Shown piece after piece: positions 28,817-39,904 of a stretch of 64,000 bases of DNA. The DNA comes from an uncultured Erysipelotrichaceae bacterium (GTDB taxonomy: Bacteria; Bacillota_I; Bacilli_A; Erysipelotrichales; Erysipelotrichaceae), in NCBI GenBank assembly GCA_964615295.1, contig CAZTNF010000001.1, positions 16,983 through 80,982 on the forward strand, written 5' to 3'. Both the position numbers and the translations under genes were made by a program. Position 1 is the stretch's first letter. The number at the start of each line of letters is the position of its first letter. A model generated the notes under the pieces. It was not told the DNA's origin. It did not search any database and was given only the letters and a program-made list of their open reading frames with translations.

Positions 28817-29133
28817 TGGAACCGATTCCTTAAAATTTTCTGATTGTTCTTTCTCACTTAAGTCATTTTAAGGGCTTACAACGCATTTATTTTTCCTCTT
28901 TAAGCGAAGTTTAATCTTGAATTTTGAATAAAAACCACAATTTAAAATTGTATTAAAATATGTGAAATAATATTGACATGAAACCGATTCCACACTATCC
29001 TTTCTTATGAAGAGATAGAGTGTCTAAAAAATGTTTATTTTAAAGGGCTTGCAATCCTCTATTTACAGGAAAGAAAAAGAGGAAAAACTTTAAAGAGACT
29101 TTTATTTTGGAAGCTCTATTTTCGAACCGGTTC
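28817..29133 (+). promoter_or_regulatory. Sucrose operon promoter with three LacI-type operator-like sites
   Basis: TTGACA(28973)-17 bp-TATCCT(28996); TGGAACCGATTCC at 28817, TGAAACCGATTCCA at 28979 within the spacer, GAACCGGTTC at 29124. Confidence 0.65.
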
Positions 29134-29194
29134 ATCTTTTCTGTTTGTCGTATTTGGCCATAGGACAAACAAAATAATAAGGAGAAAAAAGAGA

Positions 29195-31165
29195 ATGGAT
29201 TACAACCAGATCGCAAAAGACATCATAAAAGATGTCGGTGGAAAGGAAAATATCATTTCCGCTATGCACTGTGCCACTCGTCTCCGTTTGCGCTTGAGAG
29301 ACTATAACAAGGTCAATGAAGAAGCGTTAACCGATGTTGATCAAGTCAAAGGAGTATTTTTAGCTAACGATCAGTACCAAATTATTCTAGGCTCGGGCAC
29401 AGTAAATTTAGTTACGGATGAAGTCTTAAAAGAAACTGGTCTTCAAGCCGGTTCGGCTCCCAAAGAAGAAGAATCCAATGCCAAAGAAGGCAATGTGATC
29501 ATGCGTGGAGTTAAAGTTTTATCGGATATTTTCGTTCCCATCATTCCAGCTATCGTAGCTGGTGGTCTTTTAATGGGAATCAACAATGTTTTAACGGCCA
29601 CTGGCTTATTCTTCCCTGGAAAATCACTTATTGATGAAATGCCCCATTTTGCGGGCCTCGCTGCTTTCATTAACTTATGTGCTAATGCGCCATTTACTTT
29701 TTTGCCCGTTTTGATTGGCTTCTCTGCTACCAAAAAATTTGGCGGAAACGAATATTTAGGAGCCGCAATGGGTATGATCATGGTCCATCCGGACTTGCTC
29801 AATGCTTATTCTCTAGCTAGCGCTACTGAAATTCCTACATGGGGCTGGTTTGGTCTCGAAGTTCAAGCCATCGGCTATCAAGGAACTGTTCTTCCTGTTT
29901 TGGCTGTTTCTTGGATTTTGGCCAATATTGAAAAACGTTTACATAAAGTCACTCCAAGTTGGTTGGATAACTTAACAACCCCTTTGCTTTCTGTTTTGAT
30001 TACAGCTGTTTTGACCTTCTTATTTGTGGGACCAATCTTGAGAACCGCAGGTGACTGGTTGGCCATGGGTCTTTCTTGGCTTTATTCCTCTCTTGGCTTT
30101 ATTGGAGGAGCTATTTTTGGTCTACTCTATGCTCCTATTACCATTACAGGTATGCATCATTCCTTTTCTGCTATTGAAACGCAATTAATTGCTGCGGCTG
30201 AGACCACTGGTGGATCCTTTATTTTCCCAACGGCTTCTATGAACAACGTAGCGCAAGGTGCGGCCGTTCTGGCTGTGTTGTTGATGACAAAAGATGAAAA
30301 ACTAAAATCAATTTGTTCTGCTTCTGGTGTTTCTGCTTTACTTGGTATTACAGAACCAGCCATGTTTGGTGTTACCTTAAAATTGAAGTATCCCTTCTAT
30401 GCAGCTATTATCGGTTCTGCAGTTGGTTCGGCTTGGTGTGCTGGAACTAAAACCTTAGCTCTTGCCTTAGGAGCCGCCGGATTACCTGGTTTTATTTCGA
30501 TTGCTCCACAAAGTTGGGGAAATTTCTTTATCGGTTTAGCTTTATCTATGATAACTGCTTTTGCTCTCACTGTCTTTTTTATGAAAAGACATCCAGAAGG
30601 CAAACAAGAAACGAAAGAGTCCTCAAAAACTTCTAATGCTTCATCGGTATCAACTGCTTCCTCTGCTTCTGATACAACTTCTTCAAATAGTATTCCTTCG
30701 GCGGTCTCTGTGGCTAACCATGATGCGAAAGTCATTCATGCTCCATTTAAAGGTAGTGTAAAACCTATTTCTGAATGTGGAGATCCTGTTTTTGCCAGCA
30801 AAGCGATGGGCGATGGAATTGTCATTACCCCAAGTGAAGGAATTCTTTATTCTCCCATTGATGGAGAAGTGATGCTCGTTTTCCCTACAAAACATGCCAT
30901 CGGTTTAAAATCCAATTCCGGAACTGAAATTTTAATTCATGTTGGGATGGATACGGTAAATTTGGAAGGAAAACCGTTTGAAGTCTTTGTAAGTCAAGGA
31001 GAAAAAATTAAAGCGGGACAACCTTTGTTAAGCGCAGATCTTGAAGCCATTCAAGCGGCTGGATGCCCTATTGAAACCCCTGTAGTCATCACAAATGGCG
31101 TTCCCTTTGAAATCCTTCAACAAGGATCAGTGAAACCTGGGGATGATATGATGAAGAGCGAATAA
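29195..31165 (+). CDS. scrA: PTS sucrose-specific EIIBCA
   Basis: HCATRLR (EIIB), GITEPAMFG (EIIC), FPTKHAIG..HVGMDTV (EIIA); next to GH32 gene. Confidence 0.92.
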   Translation: MDYNQIAKDIIKDVGGKENIISAMHCATRLRLRLRDYNKVNEEALTDVDQVKGVFLANDQYQIILGSGTVNLVTDEVLKETGLQAGSAPKEEESNAKEGNVIMRGVKVLSDIFVPIIPAIVAGGLLMGINNVLTATGLFFPGKSLIDEMPHFAGLAAFINLCANAPFTFLPVLIGFSATKKFGGNEYLGAAMGMIMVHPDLLNAYSLASATEIPTWGWFGLEVQAIGYQGTVLPVLAVSWILANIEKRLHKVTPSWLDNLTTPLLSVLITAVLTFLFVGPILRTAGDWLAMGLSWLYSSLGFIGGAIFGLLYAPITITGMHHSFSAIETQLIAAAETTGGSFIFPTASMNNVAQGAAVLAVLLMTKDEKLKSICSASGVSALLGITEPAMFGVTLKLKYPFYAAIIGSAVGSAWCAGTKTLALALGAAGLPGFISIAPQSWGNFFIGLALSMITAFALTVFFMKRHPEGKQETKESSKTSNASSVSTASSASDTTSSNSIPSAVSVANHDAKVIHAPFKGSVKPISECGDPVFASKAMGDGIVITPSEGILYSPIDGEVMLVFPTKHAIGLKSNSGTEILIHVGMDTVNLEGKPFEVFVSQGEKIKAGQPLLSADLEAIQAAGCPIETPVVITNGVPFEILQQGSVKPGDDMMKSE

Positions 31166-31197
31166 TATCGCTTCCCCAATAAAAAAGGAATTTTAAT

Positions 31198-32667
31198 ATG
31201 TATTCTTCTGTTCGTAAAGAATTTACTCAAGCCCAAACACTTGAAAAGAGAAATGAAGTGAAAGCCGATCCCAATCGGCTTTCCTATCATTTGATGCCTC
31301 CTGTAGGATGGCTGAATGATCCTAACGGATTATCAGAAATGAATGGTGTATATCATATTTTTTATCAATACACCCCTGCCAATCCTTTAGGAAATGATCA
31401 TCGAGGTTGGGGCCATTATCAGACGAAAGATTTCATTCACTATCAAGAAATGGATGATCCGTTTGTCCCCGACACCCATGGAGATGGAAAGGGATCCTAT
31501 TCTGGATCGGCTTTAATCCGAGATGGAATCATGCATCTTTTCTTCACTGGAAATAATAAATTGCCTGGAGATTACGATTACATCAATGATGGTCGTATTC
31601 ATTGGGTTTTGCATTCCCAAAGCAAAGATGGCATCCACTTTACCCCAAAGGAAGTGTTGCTTCGTAATGCAGATTATCCTGACTATCTTTCCTGCCATGT
31701 TCGGGATCCTAAAATCTATACCGAAAACAATCAAGATTATATGGTCTTAGGAGCGCGAACGAAGGACTCTAAAGGGCAAGTCGAAGTCTTTAAAGGGGAT
31801 GGAACCTTAAAAAATTGGACTCCTTGTTCGACCATTAAGCCTAAAGAATCGTTTGGTTATATGTGGGAATGTCCCGATTTGTTTGATTTAGATGGACACT
31901 TGATTCTTATCACTTGCCCTCAAGGCGTTCCAACCCAAGGGATTTTGTATGAGAACATTTATCAAAATGGTTGGTTTGAAGCTAATCATGATTTAGAACA
32001 CGATCAACAAGTCGATCAATTTCATGAATTGGATAATGGATTTGATTTTTACGCTCCACAAAGTTTCTTGGATGAAAAAGGGCGTCGAATTTTAATCGGA
32101 TGGATGGGAATTCCGGAAGCTGATTACGATAACAACCCTACAATAGAAAAAAATTGGCAACATGCGCTCACTTTACCTCGGGTACTCACTTGGAAAGATG
32201 GCACCATTTACCAAACGCCCATTCAAGAAATCGAAGCTCTACGTCAAGAAGAACTGCCGATTCGTTTAGAGGCTAATCAATGTATGGAATTTCCCACTCG
32301 TGTTTTAGAATGCAACCTCATTCCTCAAGCGAATACATCCTTTCATCTTACGTTTAGAGAAGATGTAGAGCTGAATTATGATCAAGAGACCAAAATCTTC
32401 AGTCTTATCCTTGGAAAAAGTGGACATGGACGCGATGTTCGTCATGTAGAAATCGCCTCCATTGAAAACATTCGGATTTACTCGGATACGTCTTCTCTAG
32501 AAATCTTCTTAAACGATGGCCAAAAAGTCCTGACTACCCGCCTTTTTGATGAAGCAATTAAACCAAAACTTTGTACCAACGTTCCTCTAACCGGTACCGC
32601 CTATACTCTTGGCAGTTTTGTTATCGAAGAAAAATTAGAAAAAGAAGATCCGCAAGTCCAAGAATAA
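31198..32667 (+). CDS. scrB: Sucrose-6-phosphate hydrolase, GH32
   Basis: WLNDPNG, RDP, MWECPD, FYAPQ motifs. Confidence 0.93.
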   Translation: MYSSVRKEFTQAQTLEKRNEVKADPNRLSYHLMPPVGWLNDPNGLSEMNGVYHIFYQYTPANPLGNDHRGWGHYQTKDFIHYQEMDDPFVPDTHGDGKGSYSGSALIRDGIMHLFFTGNNKLPGDYDYINDGRIHWVLHSQSKDGIHFTPKEVLLRNADYPDYLSCHVRDPKIYTENNQDYMVLGARTKDSKGQVEVFKGDGTLKNWTPCSTIKPKESFGYMWECPDLFDLDGHLILITCPQGVPTQGILYENIYQNGWFEANHDLEHDQQVDQFHELDNGFDFYAPQSFLDEKGRRILIGWMGIPEADYDNNPTIEKNWQHALTLPRVLTWKDGTIYQTPIQEIEALRQEELPIRLEANQCMEFPTRVLECNLIPQANTSFHLTFREDVELNYDQETKIFSLILGKSGHGRDVRHVEIASIENIRIYSDTSSLEIFLNDGQKVLTTRLFDEAIKPKLCTNVPLTGTAYTLGSFVIEEKLEKEDPQVQE

Positions 32668-32684
32668 ATCTTGCTTTAAACTTT

Positions 32685-32715
32685 AAAGGATAAGCGAAAG
32701 GCTTATCCTTTTTTT
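32685..32715 (+). terminator. Intrinsic terminator
   Basis: AAAGGATAAGC-gaaag-GCTTATCCTTT plus T-tract. Confidence 0.85.
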
Positions 32716-32819
32716 GGTAGCGATTTTTCAAATTTCGATTACACTGAAATTAATGCACATAATTAATTAACTTTAGAAATTTATACGAAAAAAAGATAAA
32801 CAAAAGGAGTTTAAAAGTC

Positions 32820-33782
32820 ATGGAAAATAATATTTGTACCTTTGGCGAAATCTTAATTGACTTTACAGATAGCGGCACCACTCCTAGTGGAACCAAACTC
32901 TTTGCGCAACATCCGGGAGGGGCTCCCGCAAATGTAGCTGTGGGTGTAAAGAGACTTGGAGGTAATGCTTCGTTTATTGGCAAGATTGGTGATGATATGC
33001 ATGGGACCTTGTTAAAAGGCGTTTTGGATGAGGAAGGAGTTGATGTTTCTAACTTGGTTCAAGATGATACGGTCTTTACAACGCTTGCTTTTGTGAGTGT
33101 AGGTCCTGAGGGAGAAAGACAATTCTCCTTTGCCCGTAAGCCAGGAGCCGATACTCAAATGACCTTTGAAGAAATGGATCAAGACATGATTAAAAATTCC
33201 AAAATCTTCCATGTTGGGTCCTTATCTTTAACCCATGAGCCATCAAGAACTGCGGAATATAAGGCCATTGATTTGGCCAAAGACAATGGCGTGATCATCT
33301 CGTATGATCCTAACTATCGCGAAAGCCTTTGGTTGAATGAACCTGTGGCCATTCAAGCGATGCGTTCTTTGATCAATAAAGCGGATATCATGAAAATTTC
33401 TGATGAAGAAACCGCTTTATTGACGGATATCAAAGATCCTGAAGGAGCAGCAAAATCTTTAATTGATCAAGGGGTAAAAGTTGTCGCCGTAACCCTTGGA
33501 GATAAAGGCGCTCTAATTGCCAATAAAGAAGGAGCTATTGTTGTTCCTGGTTTTAAAAGTCAGGTAGCGGATACTAATGGAGCAGGAGATTCTTTCTGGA
33601 GTGCGATGCTCGTACAAGTAGCAAATGCTAATAAAGCGTTGGAGGAATTAAGCTTAGACGAATTGGCTGACTTTACTCGCTTTGCGAATGGAGTAGCTGC
33701 TTTAACTGTTCGTAAATCGGGGGCTATTCCAGCCATGCCCACGCTTGCTCAAGCCACAGAATTTTTAGCCAGTGAAAAATAG
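32820..33782 (+). CDS. scrK: PfkB family carbohydrate kinase (fructokinase)
   Basis: PGGAPANVA, YDPNYR, DTNGAGDSF motifs; sucrose locus context. Confidence 0.88.
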   Translation: MENNICTFGEILIDFTDSGTTPSGTKLFAQHPGGAPANVAVGVKRLGGNASFIGKIGDDMHGTLLKGVLDEEGVDVSNLVQDDTVFTTLAFVSVGPEGERQFSFARKPGADTQMTFEEMDQDMIKNSKIFHVGSLSLTHEPSRTAEYKAIDLAKDNGVIISYDPNYRESLWLNEPVAIQAMRSLINKADIMKISDEETALLTDIKDPEGAAKSLIDQGVKVVAVTLGDKGALIANKEGAIVVPGFKSQVADTNGAGDSFWSAMLVQVANANKALEELSLDELADFTRFANGVAALTVRKSGAIPAMPTLAQATEFLASEK

Positions 33783-33904
33783 TTCTTTTCTGAAGAAGGA
33801 TCTTCATCAATCGAACGGATTTTCAAGCCACGTTTGAAAAGACGTGGCTTTTTTCCATCGCATCTTTTTTAAATAGAAAATTTGAATAAAGTGAGGTTTT
33901 TATT

Positions 33905-34948
33905 TTGATTTCTCCAAAATCACGAACTATGGCCGACATTGCTCAAGAAGCTGGCGTTTCCAAAAGTACAGTTTCTCGTTATTTCAATGGAGGGTATGTC
34001 AAAGAAGACACCAAAGAAAAAATTCGTAAAATTGTAGAACGAACCGGATTTGAGCCTAGTGCGGCAGCTCAAAACTTAAAAGCAAAAAAAACTCACACGA
34101 TTGGAGTGGTCGCTCCCACAATGATATCTCCTTCCACAGGCCGTTTACTTACAGCTATGGACAATGCTTTACGCCAACAAGACTATTCTTGTTTAATCGT
34201 AACCACGGATCACATTCCGGAACGAGAAATTGCCGCCATTGAATATTTGCGTTCTTTACGTGTAGCTGGGATCGTACTCATTGCGACGAATATTAGCCCC
34301 GATCATCAGCGGCTTCAAACCTCATCTCCCATTCCCTTTTTGACCATGGGACAAAAATTTCCACAAGGAATTTCCATTGTTTATGATGACTTTGAAGCGG
34401 GATGGCTAGTGGGACACTATGCTAGTCAAAAAGGCCACAAGGATATTGTCTATATTGGGGTAAATGATCAAGATGAAGCAGTAGGGTGTATTCGTCGCAA
34501 TGGGGTATTGGCAGGGCTAGCCGATCAAGCCAATGTCAAAAATTTACAAATTGCCGAAACAACATTTTCGTACTCTCATGCGCAAGAATTGGTTCGTAAA
34601 GTTTTAGATGAACATATTCCTGAATTGTTTATTTGCGCTACCGATTTAATTGCCTTAGCTTGTTATAAAGAAATCCGAGAACGAGGGCTTCGGGTTCCAG
34701 AAGACGTATCCTTAATTGGCTTTGGAGGCTATGAAATGAGCGAACTTCTTTCTCCCTCTTTAACCACCATTCGCTTTGAAAACGAATTAGCCGGAAAACT
34801 GTGCGCTGATACCCTGATTTCGATGATTCAGAAAAAGCCAGTTCCCAAGGTTCAGATGCTAGGCTTTGAATTTTTACCCGGCCAATCCGTTTTAGATCGA
34901 ACTGAAACCACTCAAGATGTTTCTAAACCTTCTTTAAGCCATTCTTAG
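33905..34948 (+). CDS. scrR: LacI family repressor of sucrose operon
   Basis: TMADIAQEAGVSKSTVSRYFNGGYV HTH; PSLTTI. Confidence 0.88.
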   Translation: MISPKSRTMADIAQEAGVSKSTVSRYFNGGYVKEDTKEKIRKIVERTGFEPSAAAQNLKAKKTHTIGVVAPTMISPSTGRLLTAMDNALRQQDYSCLIVTTDHIPEREIAAIEYLRSLRVAGIVLIATNISPDHQRLQTSSPIPFLTMGQKFPQGISIVYDDFEAGWLVGHYASQKGHKDIVYIGVNDQDEAVGCIRRNGVLAGLADQANVKNLQIAETTFSYSHAQELVRKVLDEHIPELFICATDLIALACYKEIRERGLRVPEDVSLIGFGGYEMSELLSPSLTTIRFENELAGKLCADTLISMIQKKPVPKVQMLGFEFLPGQSVLDRTETTQDVSKPSLSHS

Positions 34949-35099
34949 TAAAGCAATAAACAGTTTGAATAAGGGACTATAACGACGAATTCTCTTAGTT
35001 ATAGTCCTTTTATTGTATTCAAAAGCCTCTAAGCTAATGTGGAGTTATTTCATAGATCTTAAAGAGCAGATAAGAATCTCTTTTACTTATTAATCAAGT

Positions 35100-35594
35100 A
35101 TGAACACTTTTCAACGATACTTAGGACCAATAATTTTTGGAACGCTTTTTGTATTTTCGATGCTTGGGCGTATTACCCCGATATCTTTAGAACGTCAAGC
35201 CCCTGATACCATTCAAGCCGAAATCAAAGGAGCTGTCCTAGAGCCAGGAATTTATACATTAAAAAACGGGGCGACTATTCAAGATTTAATCAATGAAGCT
35301 AAAGGCGTAAATGAAGTAGCTGATCTTTCCCCGCTCTCTTTGCAACAAGAGGTTCAGCCAGGACAAGTTATTGTTATTGGACAAAAGAAGGCCGATGGAA
35401 GCAGTCCGCTCATCTCTCTAAACACGGCTTCTAAAGAACAATTGATGACTCTACCTGGTGTAGGAGAAAGTACAGCTCAAAAAATTATGGATTATCGCAA
35501 ACAACATTCCTTTCAAACTCTAGACGAGTTAATGAACGTTCCAGGAATTGGAGAGAAGAAATTTGAAAAGCTCAAAGATTATCTCGCCCTTTGA
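35100..35594 (+). CDS. comEA: ComEA DNA receptor (SLBB plus HhH)
   Basis: KGAVLEPGIY, LNTASKEQLMTLPGVG, VPGIGEK. Confidence 0.92.
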   Translation: MNTFQRYLGPIIFGTLFVFSMLGRITPISLERQAPDTIQAEIKGAVLEPGIYTLKNGATIQDLINEAKGVNEVADLSPLSLQQEVQPGQVIVIGQKKADGSSPLISLNTASKEQLMTLPGVGESTAQKIMDYRKQHSFQTLDELMNVPGIGEKKFEKLKDYLAL

Positions 35595-37563
35595 AATTAA
35601 AAGATGGTGTCTTACTAGGGGATGGGTAGGAAATATAGATGCTTTTTGGATTGTTAGTGCTCTAGCCCTTTTTTTGATGGCGCAACTTTCTACGTTTGAT
35701 TTGTGTCTTTCTTTTAGTCTTCTCTATTGTGTATTTCTTTTTATTCGTTTTTGCCAATTCAAACTCATTGGATTTTGGCTCGTTATGAGTAGCCTTCTTT
35801 GGGGAAGTTTAACTTATCAAACTTCTTGCCCAGCTCAAGAAGGAATTTATGAAGTAGTTGGCATTCGTTCAGGATATACGCTAGCCAAAATGGGAAGAAC
35901 TAAAGTCGTAATTTATGAAACCGATTTTGACCTGGGCGATCATCTAGCTCTTTCTAATTTCCAAACTGTTCATTCTTCCAACAATCCAGGCCTCTTTTGT
36001 TTTCAACAATTTTTAAATCAAAGGGGAATTATTCAGAGTGCTCAGGATTGCAAGCCTCTTGATTCCTATACTTCCTCTTGGCGACGAACGGTTTGGCTTG
36101 GAATTAAGCAGACTAAAGCCGCCCCTTTATATCAATGGCTTTTTTATGGGTTGGTCTCTATAGAAACTCCTCTTTCCACTTTAGGCTTGCCGATGATAGC
36201 GTTGATGAGCGTAGGGCGGAAAATATTAGAACGCCGTTTTTTTCCTCGCACCGTCCATATCCTTCTTCTATTTGGGCAAGGAATTCTTTTTATCCTGTTT
36301 CCAATACAGGAGACAAGTTTACGACTCTTTGTGTTTGAACTAGGCCATTGTTTCTTTTCCCATTGGAATAAGCGTTGGCCTTTTCAAGTTATTCTCTTTA
36401 CTTTGCTCAATCCTTACGCTGCTCGTTCCATGGGTTTGATTTTGCCAGCAGGACTTTCCTTTTTCACCCACTATCAATCTACTCTTTGGGGTAAAAAGGC
36501 TGTGCAGATTTTTTGGTGTGCTTTTTGTCAAATCGCATTAATGGGACAACTCAACTTGATCTTACTTATTGGCTTTCTTTGGCTACGTACCATTTTTGGC
36601 TGGGCTGTGATTTTGGCTCTTCCTGGTTTATGGGTGGATTGCTATGGGCTTTTTTTATGGGAAAATTTTCAGCGGTTTTCGTCTTGGCAATGGATCACCA
36701 TTACAACCTATCCTCCTTTTTGGTATGTAAGTTTCATTTTTTTAGGAATTGTCGGGATGACTTGGAAATATAAGTCGAAGACTATGCTCATGATTCTTGG
36801 ACTTCTTTGCCTCTACCCTTATGTGTGGAAATTGGATCCTTTTTTTCACCTCTATCAATTGGATGTGGGACAAGGGGATGCGGCGATCCTAGTGGAACCC
36901 TTTCAAAAAAGCGTGATTATGATTGATGCAGCTGGGCGTTTCAATCATGATCAAGCCCTAGAACTGTATCTTCCTTTTTTTCAATCGCGTCAAATCTATG
37001 CTTTAGATGCTTTGATTGTTTCCCATAAAGATTTTGATCATAGTGGTGGGGTGGACTCTCTTTTAGAAAAAATGCCAGTTCAATCCTATATCACTACCTC
37101 TGAAGAAAAGGTTCCCTGTACCTATGCCTTTGAACTCCTTTTAAAGGAACGGGTTTTTCGCGATAAAGAAAAAGAAGATGAAAACGATAAAAGTCTGATT
37201 TGTGCTTTTCAATACGATGACTTTCGATATTTATGGACAGGGGATGCTTCGGACGAAATTGAAAAACAATTGCTCGAGAATTATAACGTAAAATCCGATG
37301 TCTTAAAGCTTGGTCATCACGGTTCTAACACAAGTTCCGATGTTCACTTCTTGCGGGCCGTGAATCCTCGCCTCGCTTTGATTTCTTCGGGCTATCAAAA
37401 CCGATACAATCATCCAAGTCTTGATGTCTTAGTGCGGCTCAATTGCTTGGGCATTGATCGTCTAAATACTGCTGACCATGGGTATATCCATCTCTTTTCC
37501 TGGCCGCATTTTTTAGGAGTTCAAACAGGAGATGGTCTTTTCACTTATCTTCTTAAAGCGTAA
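35548..37563 (+). CDS. comEC: ComEC/Rec2 family protein (divergent membrane part, MBL domain)
   Basis: LDVGQGDA, SHKDFDHSGG, TGDA, GHHGS, YNHP; follows comEA; start uncertain. Confidence 0.85.
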   Translation: MERRNLKSSKIISPFEIKRWCLTRGWVGNIDAFWIVSALALFLMAQLSTFDLCLSFSLLYCVFLFIRFCQFKLIGFWLVMSSLLWGSLTYQTSCPAQEGIYEVVGIRSGYTLAKMGRTKVVIYETDFDLGDHLALSNFQTVHSSNNPGLFCFQQFLNQRGIIQSAQDCKPLDSYTSSWRRTVWLGIKQTKAAPLYQWLFYGLVSIETPLSTLGLPMIALMSVGRKILERRFFPRTVHILLLFGQGILFILFPIQETSLRLFVFELGHCFFSHWNKRWPFQVILFTLLNPYAARSMGLILPAGLSFFTHYQSTLWGKKAVQIFWCAFCQIALMGQLNLILLIGFLWLRTIFGWAVILALPGLWVDCYGLFLWENFQRFSSWQWITITTYPPFWYVSFIFLGIVGMTWKYKSKTMLMILGLLCLYPYVWKLDPFFHLYQLDVGQGDAAILVEPFQKSVIMIDAAGRFNHDQALELYLPFFQSRQIYALDALIVSHKDFDHSGGVDSLLEKMPVQSYITTSEEKVPCTYAFELLLKERVFRDKEKEDENDKSLICAFQYDDFRYLWTGDASDEIEKQLLENYNVKSDVLKLGHHGSNTSSDVHFLRAVNPRLALISSGYQNRYNHPSLDVLVRLNCLGIDRLNTADHGYIHLFSWPHFLGVQTGDGLFTYLLKA

Positions 37564-37603
37564 AAAAAGGCCAACTCTCTAGGTTAAGAATTGGCCTTTC
37601 TTT
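37562..37603. terminator. Bidirectional terminator
   Basis: AAAGGCCAA...TTGGCCTTT between convergent comEC and ftsH. Confidence 0.7.
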
Positions 37604-39688
37604 TTAGGCTTTAGAATCTGTGTTTTTTTCTTGATCTGGTGTCTCATCAGTCGAATCTACAGTAAAAAGATTAGATGTAGCTGATGGTTTGGATTCCTCT
37701 TTATCTAAAGAAACTGTAAGAGCTTGTGGCTTGTTTTGTTCGTCTTGGTATTTGTGAACAATTTCCATAAACTCATCACCTGTAATGGTTTCTTTTTCAT
37801 ATAAGTATTTGGCCAACTCATGCAATAACATCACATTATCGGACAAAATTTGACTTGCTTCTCCGTACGCCTTATTGATTAAAGCGATGACTTCTTGGTC
37901 AATTTGTCTAGAGGTTTCAGGAGAACAAGCTAAGGAAGTATCTCCACCAAGATATTGGTTGTTGACAGTTTCTAAAGCGGTCATTCCAAAGTGATCAGAC
38001 ATTCCAAGACGAGTGATCATCATACGCGCCGTTTTAGTGGCCATTTCAATATCGTTGCTCGCTCCAGAAGTAATGGAATGGAAAATTAAGTCTTCAGCAG
38101 CTCGTCCCCCACAATAGGTCACAATGCGCGTATAAAGTTCTTCTTTGGATAACAAGTTATTTTCTTGTTCATCCACTTGCATTGTGTACCCTAAAGCACC
38201 TTTAGTTCGAGGAATAATGGTGATTTTATGAACGGGAGCAGCCGCAGAGCTATAGGCAGAAACAAGGGCATGACCAATTTCGTGGTAAGCCACAATCATG
38301 CGCTCTTTTGGGGAAATGACTTTATTTTTCTTTTGTTCTCCCGCAATAACGATTTCAATGGCTTCCTCTAAGTCTCGCTGAGCCACTTGTTTACGTCCAT
38401 CGCGAACGGCTAATAAAGCGCCCTCATTAATGATGTTGGCAAGATCAGCTCCCGAAGTTCCAGCCGAAGCACGAGCGATCATGTTGTAGTCTACATTGGG
38501 CGACATCTTTACGTTTTTAGCATGAAGCTCTAGGATTTCTTGACGGCCTTCTAAATCGGGAAGTTCCACAGGAATACGACGGTCAAAACGTCCAGGACGG
38601 GTCAAAGCGGGGTCTAGAGTTTCTGGACGGTTAGTAGCAGCTAAAAGCACAATGCCTTTCGAGCCATCAAATCCATCCATCTCTGCAAGCAATTGGTTGA
38701 GTGTTTGTTCGCGCTCATCATTTCCATTAAAACCAGACCCATCGCGTTTTTTACCAATGGTGTCGATCTCATCAATGAAAATAATGCAGGGGGCATGTTT
38801 ACGCGCTTCCTTAAACAAATCACGTACGCGCGCTGCCCCACGACCTACAAACATCTCGACGAATTCGGAACCTGCAATAAAGTAGAAGGGAACCCCCGCT
38901 TCTCCAGCGACAGCCCGTGCTAATAAGGTTTTTCCAGTACCAGGAGGTCCAACGAGTAAAGCTCCCTTGGGCATTTTGGCACCAATTTCTTGGTAACGAC
39001 TGGGATGGTTTAAGAAGCTTACAATTTCTTTGAGATTTTGTTTAGCCTCATCTTGTCCTGCTACATCTTTAAAGGTCGTATGGGTCATTTCTCCTTTATA
39101 CACTTTGGCATTAGACTTATTCATGTTTCCAAACCCGCCAAAGTTCCCAAAGGGAAAGCCACCCATAGAAGAATCGTCATCGTCTTTATCCTTCGATGAA
39201 TCTGAGGAGCCAAAAGTAAAGGGAGTGTCATCTTTTGATCCTTGAAGACGTTTGCGTAAGACACGAATAAACCACCATAAACTTCCCCAGATTAAAATCC
39301 AAGGTAATAAACTCAACAAAATCGTTAAGAAAAAGTTATTGGATGTTTCAATAGGCACTTCTTCAAACTCAGCTCCACCTGCCAAGAGACGATTGACCAA
39401 ATCAGGATCCTCAATCATCGTTGTAGTGTATTTTTCATTGTCATTGTCCTCTCCCTTCATCGTATAGGTTAAGACGTTGCCTTGAATCACCACATCATCA
39501 ACTTCCTTCTCTTCCACTTGTTGTAGAAACTGCGAATATGAAACATTCGTTGGGGAATTGGAAGTCGTTGACCAATTGAAAACCACCAAACCGATGATCA
39601 AGACTAAAAAAGCTACCATTAAATACTTCAAAGCATTTGGAAATTTTTGAGGAGATTTGCTGTTTGGTCCTTTATTGGATGTTTTCAT
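37604..39688 (-). CDS. ftsH: ATP-dependent zinc metalloprotease FtsH
   Basis: Two [29 protein letters not shown]; ATG at 39688 (ORF track 39706). Confidence 0.95.
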   Translation of the reverse strand: MKTSNKGPNSKSPQKFPNALKYLMVAFLVLIIGLVVFNWSTTSNSPTNVSYSQFLQQVEEKEVDDVVIQGNVLTYTMKGEDNDNEKYTTTMIEDPDLVNRLLAGGAEFEEVPIETSNNFFLTILLSLLPWILIWGSLWWFIRVLRKRLQGSKDDTPFTFGSSDSSKDKDDDDSSMGGFPFGNFGGFGNMNKSNAKVYKGEMTHTTFKDVAGQDEAKQNLKEIVSFLNHPSRYQEIGAKMPKGALLVGPPGTGKTLLARAVAGEAGVPFYFIAGSEFVEMFVGRGAARVRDLFKEARKHAPCIIFIDEIDTIGKKRDGSGFNGNDEREQTLNQLLAEMDGFDGSKGIVLLAATNRPETLDPALTRPGRFDRRIPVELPDLEGRQEILELHAKNVKMSPNVDYNMIARASAGTSGADLANIINEGALLAVRDGRKQVAQRDLEEAIEIVIAGEQKKNKVISPKERMIVAYHEIGHALVSAYSSAAAPVHKITIIPRTKGALGYTMQVDEQENNLLSKEELYTRIVTYCGGRAAEDLIFHSITSGASNDIEMATKTARMMITRLGMSDHFGMTALETVNNQYLGGDTSLACSPETSRQIDQEVIALINKAYGEASQILSDNVMLLHELAKYLYEKETITGDEFMEIVHKYQDEQNKPQALTVSLDKEESKPSATSNLFTVDSTDETPDQEKNTDSKA

Positions 39689-39904
39689 AAATTTTCGAAT
39701 TTTCAAGCCGTAAACAATTAAGGAAAATTCTGATCCTCCTTTCTTATCAGTTTTTATTTACTCTATCTTATTCAAGGCTTTAAGAATGCATCCTCGAGCC
39801 AAGAAAGAATGATAGAGCAAGAGCCTAATACATTCTTTTCTCTAATTATTGACCTACTATAGTCAAAATCTTTTAAACAAAGTATGGCATTAGTATAGCG
39901 CATT

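Noticed and set aside
39848-39867. CtsR box upstream of ftsH
   Set aside because: The GTCAA half-sites are inverted, not the direct heptad repeat; one may be the relic end
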